From Phoronis australis (lineage: Eukaryota > Animalia > Phoronida), in assembly GCA_002633005.1 (NCBI GenBank), contig NMRA01000077.1, forward strand, positions 310,001 to 374,000: a DNA stretch of 64,000 nt. Direction: 5' to 3'. Both the position numbers and the translations under genes were made by a program. Positions 1 to 17,911 of this stretch are shown piece after piece (positions within the stretch are counted from its first letter, which is position 1; each line of letters begins with the position of its first letter). Under the pieces are notes generated by a model, which saw only the letters and a program-made list of their open reading frames with translations, did not search any database and was not told the origin of the DNA.

Positions 1-88
1 AGCGATACACTATCATTATTGAATTCGACCCAGATCCATTTCTAATACAGGGTATTGATTTCACTGTTCTCACCTCTTCTACTTCCAG

Positions 89-253
89 GTTTCATTTGAG
101 TTCCGCCACGTCTTTCACTCCAGGCTGGCTCATGTCTTTTTCGACGAAGTGGTCAAGACGATGGTGTCAGCTTTTCTAAAGCGTGCGCTGAAGTTGTACG
201 GACCACAGTCTATCAAGAATCAGAAACCCAAAATTGTCCATGTTCAGTCATAA
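89..253 (+). CDS. COQ10B: Terminal coding exon of a coenzyme Q-binding protein COQ10 homolog (START domain); upstream exons lie outside the window
   Basis: A polypyrimidine tract and cttccag acceptor end at 88. The exon reads [57 protein letters not shown], matching the COQ10A/B C-terminal motif (SFEFRS..HS.LA..FFDEVVK.MV.AF..RA.KLYGP). It is not in the ORF track. The A/B paralog label is nominal for an invertebrate. Confidence 0.88.
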   Translation, partial: VSFEFRHVFHSRLAHVFFDEVVKTMVSAFLKRALKLYGPQSIKNQKPKIVHVQS

Positions 254-3200
254 CACCAGATGTCACTAGCAAGTCTGTGTACTGTTTTCTCTGTGCTATT
301 ATATCTAGGTTACAATGAGTTGAAAATGCAAGTGTTGATATCCAAATGCTGTAGCCTCGTGTTCTCTTAACATACAAACCTGTAAGCTCAGAAGTTTTTC
401 CTACTGTCTCTGTCTGCTGCCCGCTGATTGTTATCGACCATTTTATGGTATGCTGAGACATAGTTCAGTTTGTCATAGTTTAGGAGTAAATAGGTGGTAT
501 CTAGTCCATGTTAACTTACCAAGTTGACAATCACCTGCATGACACTTCATTGATTATGTATACGGTAGATGATTCTTATTCAACAAATCTATGTTCTGTC
601 CACACGTCAATTTTCAACATGTGGCAGGTGGTCAGTTGTGATCATAATTCCATGAAGTGCTGATTCCTAAGTGTTTGTTTAATGAATGTGAGAACACGTT
701 GATGACACTAATACCAAGGCATCATTCATAATCATTAACATTAACAAAAGCTTATAACACAGCGGGGAAGGAGATTAATGGCTTACATTCACTTTTACAC
801 TTTCCTTAATATTTTGATGGAAATTGTCCATAGGGTGATGAAAATCAACATCTTTGAAAGTATTTTTGTAGAAAGGAAGATGTGTCAAAAAGAGAGTTTG
901 CTTTTGAAAATGTTGGTAATTTATCGTGGATGATCCTTAACATGTTTTGAAAAACTGCATTAATCAGTAAGATATCTGTGACATGCGATACTATCTCGCC
1001 AATTTCGGACAAAAGTCATTGCCAAAATGGCCGTTTTCACTTTTCAAGGACTTCTAACATTTTTATAAATGCCGCAGATTCTTGAAGCATTGTCTGATGG
1101 AGGTGCAGAACTTGGAAATCATTAAACAATTATTTAATTCTACTTAACTTTATCAAGAAATGATATTTTAAAAACAATTGCAAACATCTCGTGAGTTTCA
1201 GTTGCTAGTAAAGAGTAATAAATATTTGCTGTATTGGTTGCCAGAGAATATGTACCATTTCCTGACAGTATGTCACAAGTGTTTTATGTTCAAATAATTG
1301 CACTTATGGTATTGCAGTGGCTTTAATACGGATGTATTATTGATTAGTTGGATTTGGTTATGTTGGACAGGTTAGAATGCTCAAGCATGATTATGGCAGC
1401 AGGTGCAGAAAGTGTACAGGCTGACTAGTCATCGTGAGGACGTATCTCAAATGATGTGCTAGCAAGTGGTGTCTTCCATATTATTCATAGTGAACTATTG
1501 TCAGCCAGAGTAGTGAATAAAAACTGTGCTTTGAGCTGTGTGGTTCAAAATAGTGTATTAATTATCATGGAATGGGTATAAATTAAGTATCACTTGTGCC
1601 CTCTGATTTGTAAAACGATGTATATTACTTTTAAGTTAAAACAAGCAATTGAAACTACTATTATTTCTGAATCAGTAAAAGGGTGTTCTGTACTTTCAGT
1701 CATTAATCAGGCAGTTCTTCACTAAATCGCTTATTTTTTTTGATCAGTTAAGTTGCAGTGTTTCATCTATGATATTTGTTGGGACCACAGGCACCCTAAC
1801 ATGAAGCGTGATTGCATCACAGTTCAGTGGTTTGACTACAACAGCATTCAGTAGGTTGTAAAGTGTCAACAGGTCAAGCTTTTGCTTCAAGTGAAAGTGG
1901 CTGTTGTATTTTGATCACTGAAATGGACATTTTGAGATTATTGTTGAATTGGATCAATGAGCTAGATAGTATCAGCTCATTGGACCAATGTGCTAGATAA
2001 GAGAGCTCTGAAATAACAAAATCCGTTGTTTTTGCAATTTTATTAAAAATTTCAAAATTGGTGTTTTAATACAAATGGTCAGTTCTCGCTGTTGTCTGCC
2101 ATTCACTGAAATTTAGTGTCCATGTAAATAAGCTTAAAATATTGTGTTCTTTAAAGTGTTTCAGTGCTATTGCCAAGTTAGTACATTTCATTCCGCTCGG
2201 ATTTCTTTAAAATTGTCCGTTTGAGAACGTCCCTTTATTAACAATAGCAGTAGACATTGTTGTTGTGCTCAGAGATATTGTGATGTCTATACTTACTTTA
2301 ATGGGTTGTTGTTTTGGGATAATTTTGGTGCTGTAAGATTTCAGTTACATATCGGTCGATGCTCAGCTGTTCCCGCCGATTGAGTTCTATCCTGTTGCCT
2401 AACATGATCCTGCAATTTTTTTATAAGATGGTGCGCCGATTGGTGATTTTTGATGTTAACATCTAGGTGGTGCTCATACCATTTCGCTGTCACAATCTCT
2501 CACCAGGTGGCCATGGGAAGCTTCATGTGACCCAGTTTATAATAGTGAAACGTGTGATGTTGTAATGTGCCATCAAATGTAAATCAGGTTCCGTAGCTGC
2601 TGTGCAGCGATGAATTTGATGTTTCGATTTATTTGCAGTTTATGTTTTAGGGTGCAATATTGTAATCTAGGGAATTTGTATGCTGTTGAAATTGTTGGAA
2701 GTTGTATTGAGCTTTATAGTGTATTTTCTGTCCCATGACGAGACAGTGTGTTAGGAACATTTCGGGCAAGATTCTTCGCAAATTTGCTTTCACTTAATAT
2801 TTTAAGGATATCCATAGTAGCATTGTTTCCAGGAAAACATGAATGTGGCTGACAATTCTCATTGATTTAGATAGTGAAGCACCAAGTAGCCCATTAAGTA
2901 ATTTCTCCGCCTATAGGTGGCAGTGGAGGTTTCCCATGCAATCATTTCCTGCCTCCCATTGAAGCTTCAGGTTCTGAATATTATGCACAAATAACTTGCG
3001 AAAACACTATTATTGGTGTGTTTCAGATTTATGTTATTCATGATTATTAATAAGTAAGGGCTGTTCCAGTAGAGTTGGTACGGGTGTGGAAGGCACTTGA
3101 AATAAAAATGGTGGATGGTTGTGTACAGAACAACGAAAATTACCTGCTGTTTTTGTAAAAATAAAATTTTACCGACTGTTGGTGTTTTTGATCCATGAAT

Positions 3201-3386
3201 TTTTGCACTGGGTATTTTCATCTGTTGTATGCAACAAAGCAAGTGTTCAACCAAATGTTCATGCAGTCATGTTGTGCTGCAATCCATTTCTTATGTGGTA
3301 ACTCTGAATGATTCATAGTAGTTGGGATCTGAATAGCACAAACCACATTCGCGTTAAGTTTATCACGGTAATAGACACCTGTCGGT

Positions 3387-3730
3387 TTATTTATTTACTT
3401 ATTATTTATTAATTGAATATTTACAATGAGGGTAGCCCCATCAGTTCACACTGCTTTCCATGGGGGCCCTCGGTGACAGCAATGTCTTTGTTGCTTCACT
3501 ACAGGTACACTTGGCTTAATATGCGCATATTGATCAAACTTGTAATGTGTTCATTTCTTAATCTTCTGAACAACCTGCAGCACATTATGAAGAGAGCAAA
3601 AATGTTTTGATGAAGTAGAATTGAGAATCAGTTTAGCTGGATCTTTCTGTATTACTCCAAGCAGCAGGTCCAAGTGTGCGTATTTAGGAATATTACTGTT
3701 ACATGTAAAACTGTGTAAAATAATTGTAAA
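3387..3730 (-). mobile_element. Degenerate 3' end of a LINE (CR1/L2-like) with A-rich (TAAA)n tail
   Basis: A tttatttattt tail is followed by a gggtagccccatcag...ggggccc terminal motif. The degenerate minus-strand frame (HSFTC...LILN...LQVVQKI) resembles LINE ORF2 C-termini. Pattern recognition only. Confidence 0.4.
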
Positions 3731-5033
3731 TATATTAGGACTGTTTTGGGGCATCTAAAGGCTCAGGTTTTGGTTGGGAGGACCTGTAGAAATGGTACTA
3801 ATTGAAGTCACCAAACACTTTAAAAAATATCGATGTTTGCTATCCAAAGAAATTTAAGGGTGGTGAGTAAGGAAAACGAAACAAAAGTATGGGTGGTGGG
3901 TGAAAGTGTTCCCCTTCTCCCATACCAGCTCTGCTGGAACAATCCCTATAGCTCATCATGCATGGTCAAACCTTGTGAATGGCACGCTGCCTAATACATG
4001 CGGTTTTAGCACCACACAATGTAGTTTCATGTACCATTGTCTCGTCAGCTTTTTATAACTCTGCATCAGTGGTGAATTGTGATGCCGTGAATGTGATCAA
4101 GTTCTGTGTGTATCTATTTGTTACAGTTTTATAAATTATAATACCACATCGTCTTATGTTTTAAGTATCTACTTTTACTATATTAAAAATATTTGCACAG
4201 CTGCAGAAATATCTTTCGCATTTTATCCAGGTTTTCATTCAGTCCCTTCATATTCACCATCAAGGCCGAGCTCAGATGAGTAGAAGACTCATTTGTAAAA
4301 TGCTCGATTGTCTGCCAGTGTTAGCGGCATGTGGACCCAGATCTCCCTTACTGGAATGAAGAACTCTAACCAGTGAATCTCACTATTTCTGTCACTATAT
4401 TTAAGTATTTAGACCCATGTGCGTATATGTGACGATGCAGCAGTATCTGAAATGAGGTGCATGCTCCTATATACAGAATATTCCAGTATTTAAACAAATT
4501 TCAAGGAGAAATGATTGTGGACCAGCAAACACAGATTTACATGCCTTGAATGCAAATGAACTCGGGTGATAGCTCATGTCTGCAGCAAAATGAAACGCAA
4601 AGATTTTGCAAGTCTCAATTGTTGAGATTTTTTAACCTACCGAGCATTAATCATGTATGCAGGCAAGGTAAGCCAAGTGCTTAGCTGGATACTTTTTTAG
4701 TAGCTAATAAAAAATTAATCATTGTCAGTTGAAAACAAGAACCTCTTCTTGGCTCATTGTAACTGCGTGCACCGCACAGGTAGTCCATTACAAAAATACA
4801 GACTGAGCAAATTTGAGTATTAAATGTCCAACAATGACTGCTGTCCTCAATGATGCCTACACCAGTAACCTCATTAATACCACAAAAGACACATCATTCC
4901 ATCAAGGATAAATGAAAACACTAAATTTACAAAAATTTCAATTCTATATTCCCTCATTATTCCATCAGATTAGACATGAGATATGCAAGCAGCGACCTCT
5001 TCTGTGAAATGGACAACTATTCAACAACTTGGG

Positions 5034-5039
5034 TTTAAT
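5034..5039 (-). terminator. Candidate poly(A) signal (ATTAAA) for Hsp60
   Basis: tttaat on the + strand, ~400 nt downstream of the Hsp60 stop codon. Confidence 0.35.
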
Positions 5040-5431
5040 TATACATTATGCGTGTAAAATCACTTATACTCTCTGAGTAGGGAAACACGATTGACGAAGT
5101 GTCAGAAAACTGCAACTGTACAACACATCACTGTCCATTGAATAACTATTCAGTAATGGTCAGTCTACATGATCAAAACTGACCAAACATTGATGCCAGT
5201 TGTTTACTCCTGCTTGACACTTGGGAATGACGATTTAACTAGCTCCACTGTCTAAACAAACATCTGCACCCAATTGATGCAGTCATCCTTTTTTCACTCC
5301 ATACAATGATTGTATCTACACGTACACCGGCGCCACATCAATATGTGAGTAGATATGTGTTAGTTTACACTTGTCCATATCAGCGTCCAATGTGAAATGT
5401 GCAGCTCACCACGGTTCACAGGCCATCTACT

Positions 5432-13019
<7,588 letters not shown>

Positions 13020-13129
13020 TTATCTGAAAAGTATTATTTACACTGAAACAACAGAGATGAAATACAACAGAACAACTTTAACCACAAAGCCCAGAAAATT
13101 TGTCTTTACAGTGTTCTTTTACTCTTATG

Positions 13130-14735
13130 CCAAGAATCTTGTTCGTCCTGACACACACAGTGCTGTTCTCAATCATTCCTTGACAACTGGTCACACTATA
13201 GATGGCTCTTGTGTTCAGATCCTAGACAAGGATAATGCCACCTTCAGGCTCCTCATAAAGGAGACTACCGTATTCGCCGTAATAACCGCCCATGCCCCTA
13301 TAAGCGCCCCCCCACGCGTTTTCAGACTTAGCTGAAATAAGCGCCCAGTCCAGGAACGTGTACATGCGAACAATGATGTACCTACAGTCCTAAAACTCGG
13401 CTACAGTAACGTCTTCAATTTATCAAAAAAATTTTGCACGGGTCTTCTAGACCACCAGCGGCACTGCTACGTTTGTATTTAGCCGTGACTTTACACTTCA
13501 AAGTAACGCAGTGCTTCAAAAAGAACGCAACAGCGTTGCTAGGCTCTCGCGACGACCGCGTCCCACTATGGTCTGACCTTTTAGTAGACACATCGACTGT
13601 CTCATGAAAATAACTCGGTGTTAAACGCACATGGCCAGGAAGCGCGCGCTACATACATGAACCTGTCATCAAAGACATTAGTTGGGAACTATCCATTCAT
13701 GAAACGGGTAGCATAGCATCGATAAGAAATGAATATTGGCACTAATTTCCGACAATTTCTAATACTATAAAACATGTTTGCGTTATTTTTGAGATGGACA
13801 AATGTCGAAAGTTTTTAGCACGAGACCGGCAAGTGCTGAAAGAAACACGCTCTGGTTTAAGCCTACTGTTTGTGCAAATTTCTTTAGACACATCTAGCTA
13901 GTTAGATTGCGTGGCTCTGGCCGAAAGACGGTCTCTGCTTTGGCAAATGAACTCTGGTGACACGCACGCGCTCGCTTACTCGCAGACGAACTTCAAAACA
14001 AACGTCACGTGACAACAACATGTGTGTTCGTCCAGACATTTTTCTCGCCGTGTTGCCGATCATACATGTAGATGGCAAGATGTTGTACAGATTTGTACTT
14101 AAACCTGCCGTTAATCCAGATTCCACGGGAACTTAAAAAATCTTGGAGACGCTACTTATAAAACTTAATGAGGATTTCAGGTAATTTGCTCGAGTTGAAA
14201 AAATGTTTATTCAAGCAGTGATGTCGCCGTATCGAAGACGGCGATTTCGAGGCAGTCAGTCGGCGAGTTTTCGCCCTGGGATTTCAGCACAATTTTCTGT
14301 AACATGATCGTAATTTAGCAGCAAAGTTGGATAGCAATGCACCAGTTTTGTTGAAAGTCTTTCATAGGTTACATATACGTCACAGCGTAAATTTGATGAA
14401 TCTTAGCTTCCGATTTCACCCGTTTCGGAGACCGGGTTTCAATCGCCTTGGGTTACAATAAGCGCCCCCCCCCTGAACCGAACTTTTCTAAGCGCCCTGG
14501 GCGGCTATTACGGCGAATACGGTATGCATATATGGTTGAATCATGCTGAGCGTTACCTCAATAGAAACATTGGTTCATTTGAGCTCCAACTGTTTTGACT
14601 TCTGGTCTCTCCCCCTCACAATGTATTTTGATGTGTATCGGTACAGTCTCTTGTCTACCTGTGTCGCTTGTTTTGTGTTCGTAACTGAATCCTTGATAAT
14701 GTTTTAATGAAATAAACCGAAACATTGGATTGGAT
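13130..14735 (+). mobile_element. Penelope-like retroelement 3' remnant (GIY-YIG endonuclease C-terminus + pseudo-LTR), interrupted by a DNA transposon
   Basis: Removing 13268-14524 restores the frame HSAVLNHSLTTGHTIDGSCVQILDKDNATFRLLIKET|MHIWLNHAERYLNRNIGSFEL. This fits the PLE endonuclease tail consensus (SA..EH...GH.ID.....ILD.E.....R.IKE...I.......LNR..G). A degenerate hammerhead-like motif lies at 14688-14731. Confidence 0.75.
13268..14522. mobile_element. Non-autonomous Tc1/mariner-superfamily (Tc2/pogo-type) DNA transposon, 1255 bp
   Basis: 25-bp TIRs CCGTATTCGCCGTAATA(A/G)CCGCCCA with one mismatch. TA target-site duplication at 13266-67 and 14523-24, subterminal taagcgccc repeats, and no transposase ORF. 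Confidence 0.92.
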
Positions 14736-15696
14736 AGATATGTCGTTATTTACTTACGCGCTAATTTTAAAGTTCGTAATCTCGAGTTCTGAATAGTGGA
14801 AACAGAAACAGTATAGACCAGAATTTTTCACGATTTCCAATAATAATAGAGACAGGAATGACATTTTCCCTCTAGAAAAAATATAAAACAAGTATAGACA
14901 GGAAAATTGCAAGAAAAATCAATAATATAGAATGGAACGATGATATAGACCATAAATTTATGTAAATTTAACAACGCAGCCAGTTTTAATGCACTGCAGA
15001 AGACGCCAACAAACAGTTTGTTGTTACTAAAGAATATTTACAAAAACATGCATTGTTATTTAGTTTATGAATAAAGTCTATATCAGAAATCAAATCTTTG
15101 TTATTCTTTTGCATTTTTGTAAGAAGTGTTTTTCCCAATGTTAATTCTTATTGGCGTCTGACGACACTAAGGCTGTATCATGGGTGACGGCAACAAGATA
15201 AATTACGTACATAGCACTTGGGTGAAAGCCTCTCAGGTACACAACTGTACTTAATGTGTATAACTCGTCTGCGATCTCCGCTCTCAAAGGTTTATAGTAC
15301 AAGTTTACTGTAGTGTAGTGTTGACAATTAGAGAACGATGCCATTTTGCTGCATCAGGCGAGGGCCAGGTCCCCAGCTGCGTAGCCTTGCCTTGGTGCTA
15401 AGCTGTAAGCTAGACATGCAGCTGTTGCGCCATAAGTTGGTTGTTTTTATGTATCAGTAAAAGAAGATCCCTGTTTTACCACAACATCTTCCGTCTTTAA
15501 CGATTCATTGCAAGTGATCAAAATAATTAATACCGTCACAAATCGATCGAATTACTTTCTCCGAAGTGTGCTGCACACGATACAGATTGTTTAGGTTCGT
15601 AATCGCAGAAAATTACACACCAAATCACTCCCAATTCAGAGTCAGCAATGTTTAAGACTGTATAGAAGATGTACAAAGTATAACCACATGAAACCG

Positions 15697-17000
15697 CCAT
15701 GAAATATTGCGTCACCTACTGTCCAGTTTCTTTTTTCGCCGATCCTTCAATCAACTGTTGTTCTTTCACGAGGTTGCGTACATGTCACAACAAATTATCG
15801 GAACAGGTTTCATTTCATTATAAGTTTTGAGAATTTTGATACCAGCAAAAGGAATTTCAAACGAAATTTTGATGTTGTCAAGCTATCATCATCTCCCGAG
15901 AGATGTCGCAAACACTTAGGAAATATGGCGCGAGCACGTGTCACGAGCATATTGTTTTTGAAACGATGACATAACTTTTCTTTCTAATAAAAGGCGGAAG
16001 ATCACGCAAGAAAATGACATTGATTAGATTGTTTTTCACTTAAACAGCTGTAACGGACAAAGAGATTGTTGATTGATTGCCAGATTTTGCATGCACCAAG
16101 TCCAGTCTTTAGCTTAACATGTTGATACAAGTTTCACGGCAAGGTGACGAGCAGAACTACCCTGGCTGTGTGCAATTTCGGGGTCTATGAAAGATTAACG
16201 ATTAACACACACTGGTACCTAGGTGTATTTTGACGATAGTCTTCATATAGCTAGCTGGCTGGTAGCCTTGGTACAAAGCTGTATTAATATTAAATATACA
16301 CTCTTGCACCGATGTGGATAAAAAAGTGGTAAGATAAAATCTGACACAAAATTAGTGTCATTAAAAACTACAGTCTTCTTTGAGTAAACTAAATTATTAA
16401 GGGTGTTGGAAAAAATGGCGTTCTACCGTTATTCAGCTGCATAAGTTGTGGAGCGATCTTCTGCGTCTGCTTTCAGCACCATGAAATATTGCGTCACCTA
16501 TTGGCCAGTTTCCTTTTTCACCGATTCTTCAATCAACTTTAGTTCTTTCACGAGGTTACGTACATGTCACAACAAATTACTGGAGCTAGTTTCACTTCAT
16601 GATAAGTTTTTAGAATTTCGATACCGAAAAACCGAATTTCAGAACAATTTTGCTGCTGCGAAGTTGTCGCAAAAATTTAGGAAATAGAGTGTAGTTTTCA
16701 AAACGACAACATACTTCTCATTGTTAGAAAAAGCAGAGAGTTACGCAAGAAAATGACGTTTATTGCATTGTCTTTCACTTAAATGGCTGTAACGGGCAAG
16801 GTGAGTGTCGGTTGATTCCCTGATTTTGCATGCACCCCCTCCGGTCTTTAGCTTTACGTGTTGATACAAGTTTCACGGCGAGGTGACGAGCAGAACTACC
16901 CTACCTGTGTGCAATTTCGGGGTCTACGGAAGAAATACACACAGTGGTACCTAGCTGTATTTTGACGAGTCTTCAAGCTAGCTGGCTGGCTAGCTTGCTG
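15697..17000. repeat. Diverged direct duplication (~0.55 kb units at ~15697-16270 and ~16479-17000), probably transposon-derived
   Basis: Collinear shared blocks such as ccatgaaatattgcgtcaccta, gttgatacaagtttcacggc.aggtgacgagcagaactaccct and gctagctggctgg, with many substitutions and indels. Confidence 0.8.
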
Positions 17001-17497
17001 GCTAGGTTTGCTGAACCCCAGACCCTCTTTTATGTAAATTTAATGAGTTTTATGTTTGATAAGGTCGGCTGAAGTGAAGCACCCGTGGAATTCCTTATCC
17101 CGAGTGTCATACCTTGTAGTACATCGTGTATTGAGCCATTGAGGACGACCAGAAGCTGAGGACGCCTGTGATTTTAAACCTGAAATTTACCCAAGGTCAC
17201 GTGCGCTTCACAGTAGCAAAGTTAATTTTACTGCTAATCAATATATCGGCCACAAAACAGTAGCACGATTTGTACCATGTACACACCACGTCTACGTATT
17301 TACAAACATAATGAATGTTAGCTGCAACTAACATCGGTTACATCAGCCGACACTGTGAACACGCGAGTGACCCACGTGTTTTTGAGAACCATGCAGGCAA
17401 TTGAGAAACCGGCAAGTACGAACACGGTGCCAGTGCTGAAAGTAGAAAGATTTGACACATTCGATTACTAATTTTCCTCTGTTTAATACTTACTAAC

Positions 17498-17595
17498 CTG
17501 TGTGTTAAACAAATGAAGAGAAATTCAGCAAAACCTTCGTGCTACTGAAACTTTAGAGAGGCACCCTTGTGCTCGAGTCGCAGTATGGTGATAAT
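17498..17595 (-). other. HSPD1: Probable non-coding first exon of Hsp60
   Basis: There is a minus-strand donor CAG|GTTAGT at 17498/17497 and a TATA-like TATTTAAA at 17626-17619. The ATG exon has its own acceptor (ttttcag) 16 nt upstream of the ATG at 13023, which requires an upstream exon. The TSS is approximate. Confidence 0.65.
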
Positions 17596-17890
17596 CAAAA
17601 CGAGGTTAAAGCTAGAACTTTAAATACCCAAAGTGTGCATTTTTTTAATATGTTTTCTTCGTTTGAGTGCATTGAAGGGCTAGAAATGTATTGAGTTTGT
17701 AAGGTTTCAATTAATACAAATACATTCAAGTATATGTATAGGACTAAGTTCTGATATCTTTTCATGCCTTTTTAAAATATTGAAAGAAACAAAATTTTAT
17801 GCTAGTTTTGGGCAGTAAGTTCTAGAAATCTAAAGGTCATCCTGCTCACATGCGCATTAGACGAATCCGGTCCATGTGTATTAGCTGCAG
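17596..17890. promoter_or_regulatory. Bidirectional Hsp60/Hsp10 promoter with heat-shock element
   Basis: The interval between the divergent first exons is ~300 bp. It contains the HSE core gTTCtaGAAa at 17819-17828 (imperfect third unit GTAag upstream) and a minus-strand TATA-like box at 17619-17626. Confidence 0.75.
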
Positions 17891-17911
17891 TGAGACATTC
17901 GCGTCCATAAA

